Shown: positions 1 to 10,151 of the stretch, piece by piece
Layout of the letters: each line of letters opens with the position of its first letter
Numbering within the stretch: position 1 is the first letter of the stretch
NCBI RefSeq assembly: GCF_006345805.1
Contig: NW_021833329.1
Span: 1 to 27,728, forward strand
DNA length: 27,728 nucleotides
DNA from: Octopus sinensis
Lineage: Eukaryota
Direction: 5' to 3'
Translations under genes and position numbers: made by a program
The notes under the pieces: model-generated
The model's input: the letters and a program-made list of their open reading frames with translations, nothing else
Told to the model about the DNA's origin: nothing
The model's database searches: none

Positions 1-477
1 TAGAGGAAATCATGAAATCCTAAATTTGATTTTGTGGCAATTTGATTTGCACTCGTCTTTAAGTAAAATGATGGGAAATTCTTATAATTATTGTTTATTG
101 ATTTTGAAGGTTCTTTATCGTTAATCAAGCTTAGTCCTAGTAATGACTTAACCTATAATAACTCATTTGATTCCTGCAGCGCATACTTAAGGATGTGTGG
201 AATAGTATTACGGTTGTACTTAGTGACAGTCTGTGTATTACATTGATTGTATGTAATAGCAGTGAGTATGCTTATTATACGTAATGGTGGGGTGTACGTC
301 GAATTATAAGTAATAGTGGCACACAAACTGTAATCTAAGTCTTTAGACGGAACTTCTTTTAAGATGTATGACATATTATTCACAGATTAATTTTAACATA
401 TATAGAACTAAATTTATTATAATTGTAGAAAAATTATGCAAGGATTTGAATTCACACACACACAAACACACATAAGT

Positions 478-478
478 A

Positions 479-516
<38 letters not shown>

Positions 517-517
517 G

Positions 518-574
<57 letters not shown>

Positions 575-589
575 TTATCTATCTATCTA
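478..589. repeat. (TATC)n tetranucleotide microsatellite
   Basis: Near-pure TATC/ATCT run seen directly; explains the ISIYLSIYL ORF at 436-645. Confidence 0.97.
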
Positions 590-659
590 ATTATCAATCT
601 ATTTATATCGCTCCATATATATATATATATATATATATATTTTAAGCATTCGCTCGTTT

Positions 660-832
660 ACACGGTCCTTAGAACACTGAAAACGTAAGAGCTAATAGTA
701 TAAAACGACGCTCGACAGAAGTCAATAGGGGGCAGTGTACATCAGACTTAAAAGACTGGAGGTTATATTGAAAAGGAAAAAGAGACAGTGGAAGGGAATT
801 CCAAAGTTCAGAGGACAAGGAAGAAACTGGTA

Positions 833-836
<4 letters not shown>
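660..836 (-). mobile_element. 3'-terminal remnant of an L2/CR1-group LINE (end of ORF2 plus 3' UTR)
   Basis: Minus-strand translation [33 protein letters not shown] (within ORF 669..1031) matches the LWNSLP...[12 protein letters not shown]-terminal motif I recognise from CR1/L2-clade reverse transcriptases. It is bounded by (TA)n tracts. Confidence 0.7.
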
Positions 837-894
<58 letters not shown>

Positions 895-990
895 ATATAT
901 ATAGGGGGGTGGGGTGTTGGGTGTGTGTGTGTGTGTGTGCGTATGTATATGTATGTATTTATGTGTGCGTATATATATATATATATATGT
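835..990. repeat. (TA)n/(TG)n compound microsatellite
   Basis: Direct sequence. Confidence 0.95.
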
Positions 991-1197
991 TTCTTTATAT
1001 TATGTGTGTGTATATCGATTTTAAACTGCAATTATTAAGGTTTAGAAAGTATGCGCTAAACGTAGTATCCAAAACTTGTTTCAGGGTAAGTCGTGTGTCT
1101 GCGGTGCGCGTTAACCAGTTATGGCTACCAGGCGTCATCGGTGGTACTTTGCATTCGTCGTAGGATAAACTTCCAGGTATTCCAGGGTGCACGAGGG

Positions 1198-1478
1198 TAT
1201 ATATTAAAGATTAATAGAGAAGACGGAGAGTACCAAAATGTAATGTGTTATCACGGCAATTGTTTCGTCTTCATGATACACTGCACCCTAACGGGCGTTC
1301 AACAGTTGATTGATACCAGATGTAACACACTGCTCTCTGCATTGCATTTGGTGTTATTACACCGTTTCACGCTCACTAGGGTACAGAGCATCATGACAAC
1401 AAAAGAATTGCCGTGATAATAAATTGCTTTTTGGTACACTCAGTCTTCTCTATTAATATTTACTCTTTAATGTATATA
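1198..1478. mobile_element. MITE-like fold-back element (long imperfect palindrome)
   Basis: 1210-1261 matches the reverse complement of 1406-1457 at 46/52 positions. Similarity continues inward to ~1325/1341 and outward to TA-rich ends. Confidence 0.65.
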
Positions 1479-1489
1479 TATATATGTGT

Positions 1490-1710
1490 GTTTATTGAGC
1501 GAAATCACCTAAAAGCTCCACGAGGCTCCGGCAGGGGGTAGTGGCGATCCATGCTGTACTCTTTCGCCACAGCTTTCTCTCACTCTTTCATCTGTTGGCC
1601 TGCTCGCTTAGCCAGCAGGGTGGCATCATTTGAAGGCTAAAACAATGCGAAGCGCATTGTAACCAGCGATGTGTGGCAACATCTGATAGCCTGGTCGGTC
1701 ATGGTGATAT
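1490..1710 (+). mobile_element. SINE family E fragment, 5'-truncated
   Basis: tttattgagcgaaatcacctaaaagctccacgaggctccggcagggg...ctgtactctttcgccacagctttctctcactctttc aligns with the SINE body in the 4131-4310 arm. The 3' limit is approximate. Confidence 0.7.
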
Positions 1711-1896
1711 ATATATACGCACACATACATATATAGGTTAGTAGGTTGGTGAGTAGGTATATAGTTATGTAAGTATAGAGGTATGTTGGTAGGTAAGCGT
1801 CGCGCACACACATATCCACACGGAATTTAACAGAAGGAATAGCAACATCAATATAAAAAAAAAAAAAAGAGATAACTCAAGAGAGGTAGGCCTCTT

Positions 1897-2067
1897 TTCT
1901 TACGTTCTGGGTTCAAATTCCGCCGAAAGCAACTTAGTTATTCATCCTTTCGAGATCGATAAATTAAGAAGTACTGGGATCAATGGAATCGATTAGGCCC
2001 TTCCACACCCCCACACCCACCCCCGAAAAAAATTTCAGGCGTTGTGCCTTTAGTAAGACAGGAATTA
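1897..2067 (+). mobile_element. tRNA-derived SINE family A, 5'-truncated
   Basis: tacgttctgggttcaaattccgccga (B-box-like), ttcatcctttcgagatcgataaattaag and ...ttgtgcctttagt are shared with the copies at 14821, 26547 and 27034. Confidence 0.8.
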
Positions 2068-2695
2068 TTTACTTTTATATAATACGATAGATTATAACGA
2101 ATGTAAAGATCGAAGAAGAAGGCGAAGATGGCTGTCGACAACTTCTTTTCTCCGAGTCTCCCCCCAACCCGCCACAACGCCACCGTCTGCCTTGTGTCAT
2201 TCTGAAATGTTTATGCGCAATTAAGCAATTAATAAATGATAACAAAATACCTGCTTAATTGTACAGCTGAATTATGTGTTAGAGGGAGAAGTGACAGATA
2301 GGGCATTTAAGGGGTTTAGGGTTTCAAGAATGTAGGATGTAGGTGAACAGTTGAGGAAAATTGGGCTAAACACTTAAAGACAGACAGACAGAAAGCAAGG
2401 GGTGGGAGCAAGGAGAGGGGATAAAGAGCGTTGACGGTGTGTGTGTGTGTGGGGGGGTGCATTTGTGTCACAGGTAACGGTGTTATAAGGATAAGACGAC
2501 GGCGGCGGTGGTGGTGGTGGTGTTGGTGGTGATGGTGGGGGGAAATGATGGTAGTGGCGATGTTGTGACGGCGTTTCTGGTGGTGGTGGTTGTAGTTTCG
2601 GTGTTTGTGTTGTGATGGAGGTAGTGGCTGTGGTGGTTGTTTTTTTGTGACGGCGTCGGCGACGGCGGTGGTGCTGGTAGTCGCGATCGGGGAGT

Positions 2696-2754
<59 letters not shown>

Positions 2755-2829
2755 CTGATGATGCTGATGATGATGGTGATGGTGATGATGATGATGATGA
2801 TGATGATGATGTGATGATGATGATGATGA
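2696..2829. repeat. (GAT)n trinucleotide repeat within a GGT/GGC-rich patch
   Basis: Direct sequence; source of the poly-D and poly-M ORFs. Confidence 0.96.
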
Positions 2830-3214
2830 TAAGGTAGGGATTGTGGCAGTTATGATGGAAGCGGTGTTGATGATGATCGCGGCGGAGGCGGCGGTGCGGT
2901 GTGCGATGGATTTCAGCTCACGGCGCAGTAGTGTTGGTGGAGCGGTGGAACCGAGTATATAATTTCGTAGGTGACGAGAGTGGGGTGAGGGGGTGGGGAG
3001 CAGAGTCGAAAAAAGTTATTAATTTTGAAAGGAAAGAATTTTAGGAGAAGGGCTGGGGGTTCGAAGTCGATGGTGTTGGCGGGACGAGGCGGTGCGGTTG
3101 ATGTGCGATATTTGAGGAGGAAGAGAGATTTTTTCGGAGAGGCAAGTTGGCACCGTTTGTTATCACATGACATAAATCATTAAGTAACAGGTACAAGCAA
3201 GTTCGTACCCACCC

Positions 3215-3535
3215 ACCACACACACACGCACACACACATACACATATACGCACACACACGCACACACATACAGACACACACACACTTATATATATATATA
3301 TATATATACACATGCATACACACACATGCATATATGGGTGCTCACACGCACACACATATATATATACATGCACACATACACACACACATACACACACAAA
3401 TACATACACATACGTTTATAGGAGCTCACACGCACACACACATATATATATATACGCACACATACACACACAGATACATACAAACATATGAGTGCTCACA
3501 CGCACACACATATACCCCTACACATACACATACGA
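3215..3535. repeat. (CA)n/(TA)n compound microsatellite
   Basis: Direct sequence. Confidence 0.93.
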
Positions 3536-3709
3536 CCATAGGGAACAGTATACTTTGCCGTTTCTGTTAAGGATTTCAGAGAAATCAGAGGATTGTTCCA
3601 AGCCGACCTGGCTGCCTCTCAGAACATGTAAAATATGCTATAAGGGAGCAGCGAACAAAATGTGCAGAACATGAAAAACCCAGGCACCTTTTGATGCAAA
3701 TACAGCGGT

Positions 3710-3860
3710 GTTGTTGTTGTTGTTGTTGTTGTTGGTCTTCTTCTTCTTCTTCTTCTTCTTCTTCTTCTTCTTCTTCTTCTTCTTCTTCTTCTTCTTCTTC
3801 TTCTTCTTCTTCTTCTTCTTCTTCTTCTTCTTCTTCTTCTTCTTCTTCTTCTTCTTCTTC
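3710..3860. repeat. (GTT)n followed by perfect (CTT)41
   Basis: 3737-3859 is an uninterrupted CTT run (123 bp); source of the poly-K/F/S ORFs. Confidence 0.97.
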
Positions 3861-4104
3861 CGATCAGGACTCATGCCATTGGCCACAAAGAATAATCTCT
3901 AATTCGAGCCTACTCTAAGCTACTAAGAATGCGTGCGGCAACTTGAAGATCCACCCACCACACGCGATAGACTGGCGGTTGCACGGGCGCGAAATCTACG
4001 TTGTTATCTAATTCCGTAAACGGTGGCTTTTAACAGGTGGAGAGCTGAACCATCCTGGGGTACAGAGGATTCACAATCTAGACTAGGGTCTGAAAGTTTA
4101 CCAC

Positions 4105-4534
4105 ACAATAACGACATCGATGACAACAACAGTGAAGGCGCAATGGCCCAGTGGTGAGGGCAGCGGACTCGCAGTCGTAAGAACACGGGCATTGTGAGTG
4201 TATATTGAGCAAAAATACCTAAGGTCCACCAGGCTCCGGCGGGGTGGGGAGGAGGTGAAACCCACTGTACTCTTCACCACAACTTTCCCTATCTCTTTCT
4301 TCCTACTTCTTGTGGAGGAAGACAAGCAGAAGTAGGAAGAAAGAGATAGGGAAAGTTGTGGTGAAAGAGTACAGTGGGGTTCACCTCCTCCCCACCCCGC
4401 CGGAGCCTGGTGGACCTTAGGTATTTTTGCTCAATATACACTCACAATGCCCGTGTTCTTACGACTGCGAGTCCGCTGCCCTCACCACTGGGCCATTGCG
4501 CCTTCACTGTTGTTGTTATCGATGTCGTTATTGT
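4105..4534. repeat. Near-perfect inverted repeat, arms 4105-4310 and 4328-4534, 17-bp spacer
   Basis: Manual alignment shows 2 substitutions and 1 single-base indel over 206 bp. The ORF track shows the same peptides on opposite strands (4098..4325- vs 4374..4595+). Confidence 0.97.
4131..4310 (+). mobile_element. tRNA-derived SINE family E (A-box intact, no B-box seen); mirrored on the minus strand at 4328-4508
   Basis: Head gtgaaggcgcaatggcccagtgg carries a perfect TRGCNNAGYGG A-box (4144-4154). No GTTCGA-type B-box follows. The body is shared with 1490-1590. Confidence 0.75.
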
Positions 4535-5313
4535 TATTGTTGCTGCCCTTATTCTTATTGTTCTTGTTCTTGCTGATCCGCCAGCTCAACCGTGATCGAG
4601 CAAGCTATTTGCTTTTCACCGTTTATTCCTGTCGCTCTCAACCATTTCTTTTTGCCCATCAATTCCTTTCGTTCCTGTCTTACTCTACTGGGCCCCGACA
4701 GCCATTCGATATTTTAAAAATCCTATTACATTTCTAGAATTAAATAGTATCAGGAATCGTGTAAAAGAATTATCAAAACATTTGGTGCATTTTAGAAGTG
4801 CAACGAATTTATTGCACTAAAATTTTGACAACAAAATCTTAAACGATAAATATATTGCATAAAGTGAATGTTACATGATAGATGTATTGCATAAAGTAAC
4901 GATTCTCTTGGAGACATCTTTCCAATATCGATCAACATTGTCCTGTTCCGATATAAATGCCAAGAATATACATTGACCTTTTAGCTAGAAGCTTGGTTAA
5001 AATTATCAACAGTATTGTGGCCTTCATGTCAGTATCCTCCTCAGCAACAGCACTAGACCGCAGTTAATATCACCAATAATATCTTTAGTCTATCAACTGC
5101 TTACGTTAGCCAAGACAAGAGTGTACAAGTGGTATGTTTGAATAAAGTTTAGGAGGAAGATCAATCAGATAGGCTTGGTGATTTATCTTCTTCTCACAGC
5201 TACCCTGTAGCTCATGTATCTTTCGTAGGCTTTTCTTCCCACGGATAAACCTTACTTGCTTTCCCCTTTACACCATATATCATAACACTGTGATACACGA
5301 TCCCTATTGATCG

Positions 5314-5523
5314 TTTTTTTTTCTCTTCCCCCTTTTTCCCCCTTTTTCTTCTTTTTTCATTTCTCTTTTCTTTTGTTCCTTTTCCTTTTCTTTTTTCTTT
5401 CTTTTTAATTTTTTTTATTTTATTTATTTATTTTTTTGTTCTTTTCTTCCCTTTTGCGATCCCTCTTGATCGAAAACCTACGCCATCCCCCCTTTTTTTG
5501 TTTCTTTTGTTTTTTGTTTTTTT
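5314..5523. repeat. T-rich polypyrimidine low-complexity tracts
   Basis: Direct sequence; bracketed by short direct repeats (see findings). Confidence 0.9.
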
Positions 5524-5751
5524 CATCCCCCAAAAGAAAAGCTCTACCTTGTAACTTGTCCCATCTGTGTGCAGCCCTGTGTGGCCAATAAAGAAACTTA
5601 TTACACTATTATTGACAGAATCCTCATACGTCTTCCCATTATATTCCCTGAGTTGAGGTAAACTCTCTGGATACGTCCTGCCTTAAAAATCTCTATGTAG
5701 AGTGCTTCTGGAACGCTGAAATTACTGTAGCGAAGTGTTCAACTGATGCGT

Positions 5752-5868
5752 ATTTTATGGACCCTGAACAGATGAAAAGTAAAGTCGAACGTGATGGAGT
5801 TTGAACTCTGAAAGTAAAGACAGACGAAATGCCGCTAAGCATATTAACGGTTGCGCCAGCTAGCCTCC
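5752..5868 (-). mobile_element. SINE family A, 5' half, degenerate
   Basis: aaagtcgaac..gagtttgaactctgaaagtaaagacagacgaaatgccgctaagcat matches the minus-strand copy at 18844-18905. Confidence 0.75.
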
Positions 5869-6030
5869 TTCTTAGCAATGATAATGCTTTCTAATTTTGG
5901 CACAAAGCCAGCAATTTTACGAAATGGAGCAAGTCAATGGCATCAGCCCTCCATACTTGCCTAGTATTTTGTGATATCAGTTCACAAAAGGACACATGGT
6001 AGGATTTGCCTTCAGAACATAAAGAATCGA

Positions 6031-6219
6031 TAATACAGTTCTATATTTAAGAGATGAGGAATTATATACATTATTTACATTATTTACATTTGACGGATAT
6101 TTGTCCTCATCTTGTTTGTTGTTAACAAGTCGCCTGATGAAGGCTGGAGGCTATATCAGCCGAAACGTTGTGTTAACAAACAAGATAAGGACAAATATCC
6201 GTCAAATGTAAATAATGTA
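6031..6219. mobile_element. Penelope-like fold-back mini-element with 11-bp flanking direct repeat
   Basis: taaagaatcga occurs at 6020-6030 and 6220-6230. Arms 6076-6127 and 6171-6219 are complementary with 1 mismatch and a 3-nt bulge. A hammerhead core lies in the loop. Confidence 0.7.
6131..6174 (+). ncRNA. Minimal type I hammerhead ribozyme motif (Penelope-type)
   Basis: CTGATGA 6134-6140, extra A, stem II GGCTG 6142-6146 / CAGCC 6157-6161, GAAA 6162-6165, palindromic AC|GT helix III, putative GUU cleavage triplet 6167-6169. Stem I is weak in this copy. Confidence 0.65.
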
Positions 6220-6539
6220 TAAAGAATCGAGCAGAAGAAATACCGCTAAGCATTTTGTTCGCCACGCTAACGGTAATAACAATAATATGAAGGGGAGAAG
6301 AGAATGATGAGTAGGAGAGGAATAACAATTAGTAGTGGGAGGAGAAAATTAGAAAGAAAAAAGATAAGGAGGTAAAGAAGAGAAAGAAATAAAACGAGAA
6401 AAATAGCAACAACTTTAGTGATTTCTTTTTAAATTCTTAGAATTCTCAGACACCGGTGAGGCAGGCGCGTAATCGAATCGACACGCAGAATATTACTGGT
6501 ATTTATTTGACTGGGAAAATTGTCAAGTTGAATGCGATG

Positions 6540-7010
6540 ATAATGGAACTCATAATGCCGTTTACTGTATCAGGTATCTTATCGTATCATCTCTACCACT
6601 GTCTTAAACTCAGAACTTAGACTTGCTCTACCTCACCAGTTTTATGAATTTGACTGCTCTTAATTCAGAACGTAACATTCTAAGCCGGGCATTTTACCAT
6701 TCCTACCAACTTACTGTGATTAACTTTGAAGATATCGCTATAAAATAAAGTACAATATCTTTTCAATTTATTTATTGTTTCACACTCAGAATCTTGTACA
6801 AAAGACAGGTCCTTACTTTCCGACCAGTTTTACCAATCATTGTCCTTAACTCCGAACATAATGTTAGGTACCTTACCATTTTTACCGTGAAAATGTAGGA
6901 TTATATGTCTTAGAATTTTTATCAACTTATTCGCCATAACTCAAAACGTAAAGTTGTAATTCGAGTACTTTATGTGCGAACTTAATGTGATTTACTTAGA
7001 ACCTAGTGTT
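6540..7010. repeat. Cryptic degenerate tandem array, period ~55-65 bp
   Basis: aactcagaac-like cores at 6607, 6662, 6722, 6783, 6848, 6938 and 6993; ggta/ccttacc-like motifs at 6573, 6688, 6808 and 6867. Confidence 0.55.
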
Positions 7011-7040
7011 GTACCACGATGGTAATGGTCGTACCGGGGT

Positions 7041-7135
7041 TATAATAGAAGACACATGGTCAAAGAGCCGCACAGTAGGACTGAACTCGAATCACCGTGG
7101 TATGCAAAGCTTGCTTTTTAACCACACATCCATGC
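7041..7135 (-). mobile_element. SINE family B head fragment
   Basis: tataatagaagacac...ggactgaactcgaatcaccgtgg...aaccacacatccatgc is the reverse complement of the family B head (compare 9624-9723). Confidence 0.7.
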
Positions 7136-7369
7136 ATGTGCTTATATATTTTTTTCAAATTTCACAAGTAGTAAACCCTGAAATTGTAGATTATAAAACA
7201 TGTAACCGTCAGTCGTTAGTGAAAATGGCCCCTTAGGCGTTTCTCATGCTTTCACTAATTGTGTTACGTGCTTTGTTTTCGTGACCCGATTCCCGCCTTT
7301 TTCTACCCTTAATCGAACGAAATATCAAGGATGTGATACGTAATGAGACTTGGAGAACTGCACCACAAA

Positions 7370-7527
7370 TCGGTTGGGACTTGTTTTTTTAGATGACTAG
7401 ACAGGTTGAACATGAATTGAAATGCCTTGCTCAAAGACACAACGTGCCACCAGTCCAGGAATTGAACCCAGGTCATGATGATCGTGAACTCAACTTTCTA
7501 GCCACTAGGTCATGCGTCTTCACCTGA
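7370..7527 (-). mobile_element. tRNA-derived SINE family C fragment
   Basis: ccttgctcaaagacacaac...ccaggaattgaaccc...gatcgtga...agccactaggtcatgcgtcttcacct gives a tRNA-like head on the minus strand; related to 16415-16508. Confidence 0.7.
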
Positions 7528-8149
7528 AAATGTAAGAATAAAGCGTTAATTACAATTTATTAAGTATAACAATTATTAAGTCTTCATTCATTATTGTTAC
7601 TTCCGTCTTTTAATTTCGAATACTCCAAACACAACGCACCTCCCAACCACCCCCTGTCCCAACTGTGCGAACTGAGTTACCCATCCTTGCTCCTTCACCT
7701 TTCTAGAACACTCCGGAGCATTACTTCAAAACCATCTTCACAACTAGGAGCGCTACACTTTCTCTCTTACCAACCCTTTTAGTTGCCTTTGCGGTGGAGT
7801 CTACTCTACTGCAAGCATTCGGGGTGGGAGGCCAATATAAGGATATCTTACGCAGCAGTTTGGCGGGAACGGAAGAAGGTTGTGGGTCCGTTAACCAGAC
7901 CTTCAAATTGAAATAAAACATCCCTAGTGTTGCACAAAATTATCTATAGCATAAACATCCCCATTAACTCCTAACTGTGTACAGGGATGTAAGACATCGC
8001 CCTCTGGCTGAGTCCCCACTACCTGAACTATTACCGTCTACAGATGGGGTCATATTAGCAGCCTTATAGGTTTCCGGACAAATTAATGTAGTATGATCTA
8101 CAGTTACATGTTCGTAGTTGAAGTGACGAAAACCATCTAGTCATTCAGG

Positions 8150-8450
8150 AGATGACTGATGAGTGATGACTTTGACAGCGATTTGTTTAAAACTAAGAAG
8201 AGCTGTCAATCTCACTCGCTCATCTGCGATCATCTTCAGTCCACTGGCAAAAGGAGGTCAAGACAACTGCGGATGGAGACAGATGCTGTGGATGACCAAC
8301 ATGTCTTACTTGCCACATCTTGCTCTCTGCACCCCGCAATACCGTACTGCAGCTGCCTTCCTCTGCGTTGAGCCATGAAGGCTTCTTCCGCAGAGTCCAC
8401 CGGATGCAGTTTTCACATGCATAGGTAGGCAAGCCTTAATATGTTGATTA
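8150..8450 (-). mobile_element. Possible RTE-like LINE 5' UTR remnant
   Basis: gctgccttcctctgcgttgagcc...ccaccggatgcagttttcacatgc..ggcaagcc resembles antisense RTE 5' UTRs from memory only. No coding motif confirms it. Confidence 0.3.
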
Positions 8451-8891
8451 AACTATAGCTAGGACCCTTACAGGTGCTACGACTCCCGATCAGAGTTGAC
8501 CTAAAAAACAATAGTGCCTCAGAGGTGTTCTACACTCCTCAAAATTCTGGAACTACCGAACCAGGACCCTAGTACCGAATGCTTAAAATCATGATCAGGA
8601 CGGTGAAAGAACAACTGTCTCTCTCTCTAGTAGAGAGCATACCCACTTCGTGAGCCGAAATTGTCTACAGACTGTGTCGTCTTAGCTGCGTTATCTGCCC
8701 CCGGCCAAATTAAAACCTTGGGACCTACAGTATGTATTTATTAATAGCAAACCACAGCAAACACAGGTCAGAATTACCACCCCAGAACTGTGAGGCCTCT
8801 AGATAACTGCCCCTTGTGTGCAGCGTGCTCGTTTGTAATGATCGCACGTCCGAGACCGGGGTTAGCTCAATCGGGGCTGAGATAGGGTTCT

Positions 8892-8892
<1 letters not shown>

Positions 8893-8927
<35 letters not shown>

Positions 8928-9035
8928 GCAACAATAATAATAATGAACAACGACGCTGCTACAGCCACCACTGCTATCACCGCCACCAACACCACCATCA
9001 CCACCACCACCACGACATCAGCAACAACAACAAGA
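8893..9035. repeat. (AAC)n/(AAT)n/(CAC)n trinucleotide patch
   Basis: Direct sequence. Confidence 0.92.
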
Positions 9036-9623
9036 GCAGCGTGGAAGAAGCTAATAATGCCAGGCACTGTTCAACAGCAACATGTTTATGAAATATTGGA
9101 ACCGACGTGTTGTTGATATACACAGCGTGGTATCGCACTACTACTACTACTACTACTAATGCTGTTGTAACTGCTGCTGCAGGAGAAAGAGAAAAAGTGT
9201 AGTGGTGGTGGTGGTGGGATGGTGTGGAGTGGTGGGTTATGCTTTACGAGTAGCATCACTAGAAACAGCAGCGGGTAATAATGGCAGAGATTTGGCAGAG
9301 TTTGTAGTAAGAGAAACGGAAAAAGCAAGCAACGAGCTAAATTCGTAACAATAGTTAATTCCGTCCTTCTACGTTCTGATTTCAAATCTTGTTAGTTCTC
9401 CAACTCTTGTCTTTAGCTTCCACTCCGAGTGAGAGTGGCGGGTTGATTGAATAAGTAAGTGTCCACCGTTATTTAATTTAATTATACATCAGCCGGTGTA
9501 TGTGAGTCCCAGGGTCCATCTGAAACGCTTCATGTAGTTACTCTATCTGCTAGAAATAGCAGTAAAATCTGCCTGAAATCAAAATCGATCAAAAAATTAT
9601 TTTTTATATATAACAGGACACGT

Positions 9624-9817
9624 AGGCGCAGGAGTGGCTGCGAGGTAAGTAGCATGATTACCAGCCACATCATTCCGGGTTCATTTCCACTGCGTGCCAC
9701 CTTCGGCAAGTGTCTTATACTATAGCCACGCCTCGGGCCGACCAAAGCCTTGTGAGTGGATTTGGAAGACGGAAACTGAAAGAAGCCCGTCGTATATATG
9801 TATATATGGATATATAT

Positions 9818-9870
<53 letters not shown>

Positions 9871-10108
9871 TGTGGTGGCGTGTGTGTGTATATGTTTGTA
9901 TGTCTGTGTATGTCCCCCAACATCGCTTGACAACAGATGCTGGTGTGTTTATGTCCCCTTAACTTAGCGGTTCGGCAAACCAGAAGGATAGAATAAGTAC
10001 TAGGCTTACAAAGAATAAGTCATGGGGGCGATTTGCTTGACTAACAGCGGTGCTCCAGCATGGCCACAGTCAAATGTCTGAAACCAGTAAAAGAGCAAAG
10101 AGAAAGAG
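9624..10108 (+). mobile_element. tRNA-derived SINE family B, near full length, with internal (TA)n(TG)n
   Basis: Head aggcgcaggagtggctgcgagg (A-box-like), gggttcatttcc (B-box-like), ccttcggcaagtgtctt central block, and 3' gcggtgctccagcatggcc...gtaaaagag tail; aligns with 10256, 16887 and the minus-strand copies. Confidence 0.9.
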
Positions 10109-10151
10109 ATTAGACAATATGATCCCAGGTATATATTATTTTCGAAAATAT

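Larger units (their letters stand above)
5887..6262 (-). mobile_element. SINE family A, degenerate, interrupted by an insertion at 6031-6219
   Basis: The 3' part (ctttctaattttggcacaaagcc) at 5887, ttcagaacataaag at 6011 and gaaataccgctaagcatttt at 6237 are collinear with family A once the insert is removed. Confidence 0.65.

Noticed and set aside
2309-2323. Telomere-like ggggtttagggttt
   Set aside because: Fewer than two full units; not an interstitial telomeric array.
5535-5600. Possible LINE 3' end with AATAAA (cagccctgtgtggccaataaagaaa)
   Set aside because: Only a vague resemblance from memory, with no adjacent coding motif or second copy in the window.
6540-7010. CRISPR-like array
   Set aside because: Units are highly degenerate with irregular spacing, the context is eukaryotic and there are no cas genes.
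7199-7270. Small imperfect hairpin (ttagtgaaa / tttcactaa, extendable by catgtaac / gttacgtg)
   Set aside because: Short, interrupted and AT-rich; compatible with chance.
8156-8200. CTGATGAG as a hammerhead core
   Set aside because: No stem II/GAAA partner downstream.
9624-9700. SINE heads as tRNA genes (also 4131, 14821, 16887)
   Set aside because: Only A/B-box-like remnants, with no complete cloverleaf, and each continues into a dispersed repeat body.
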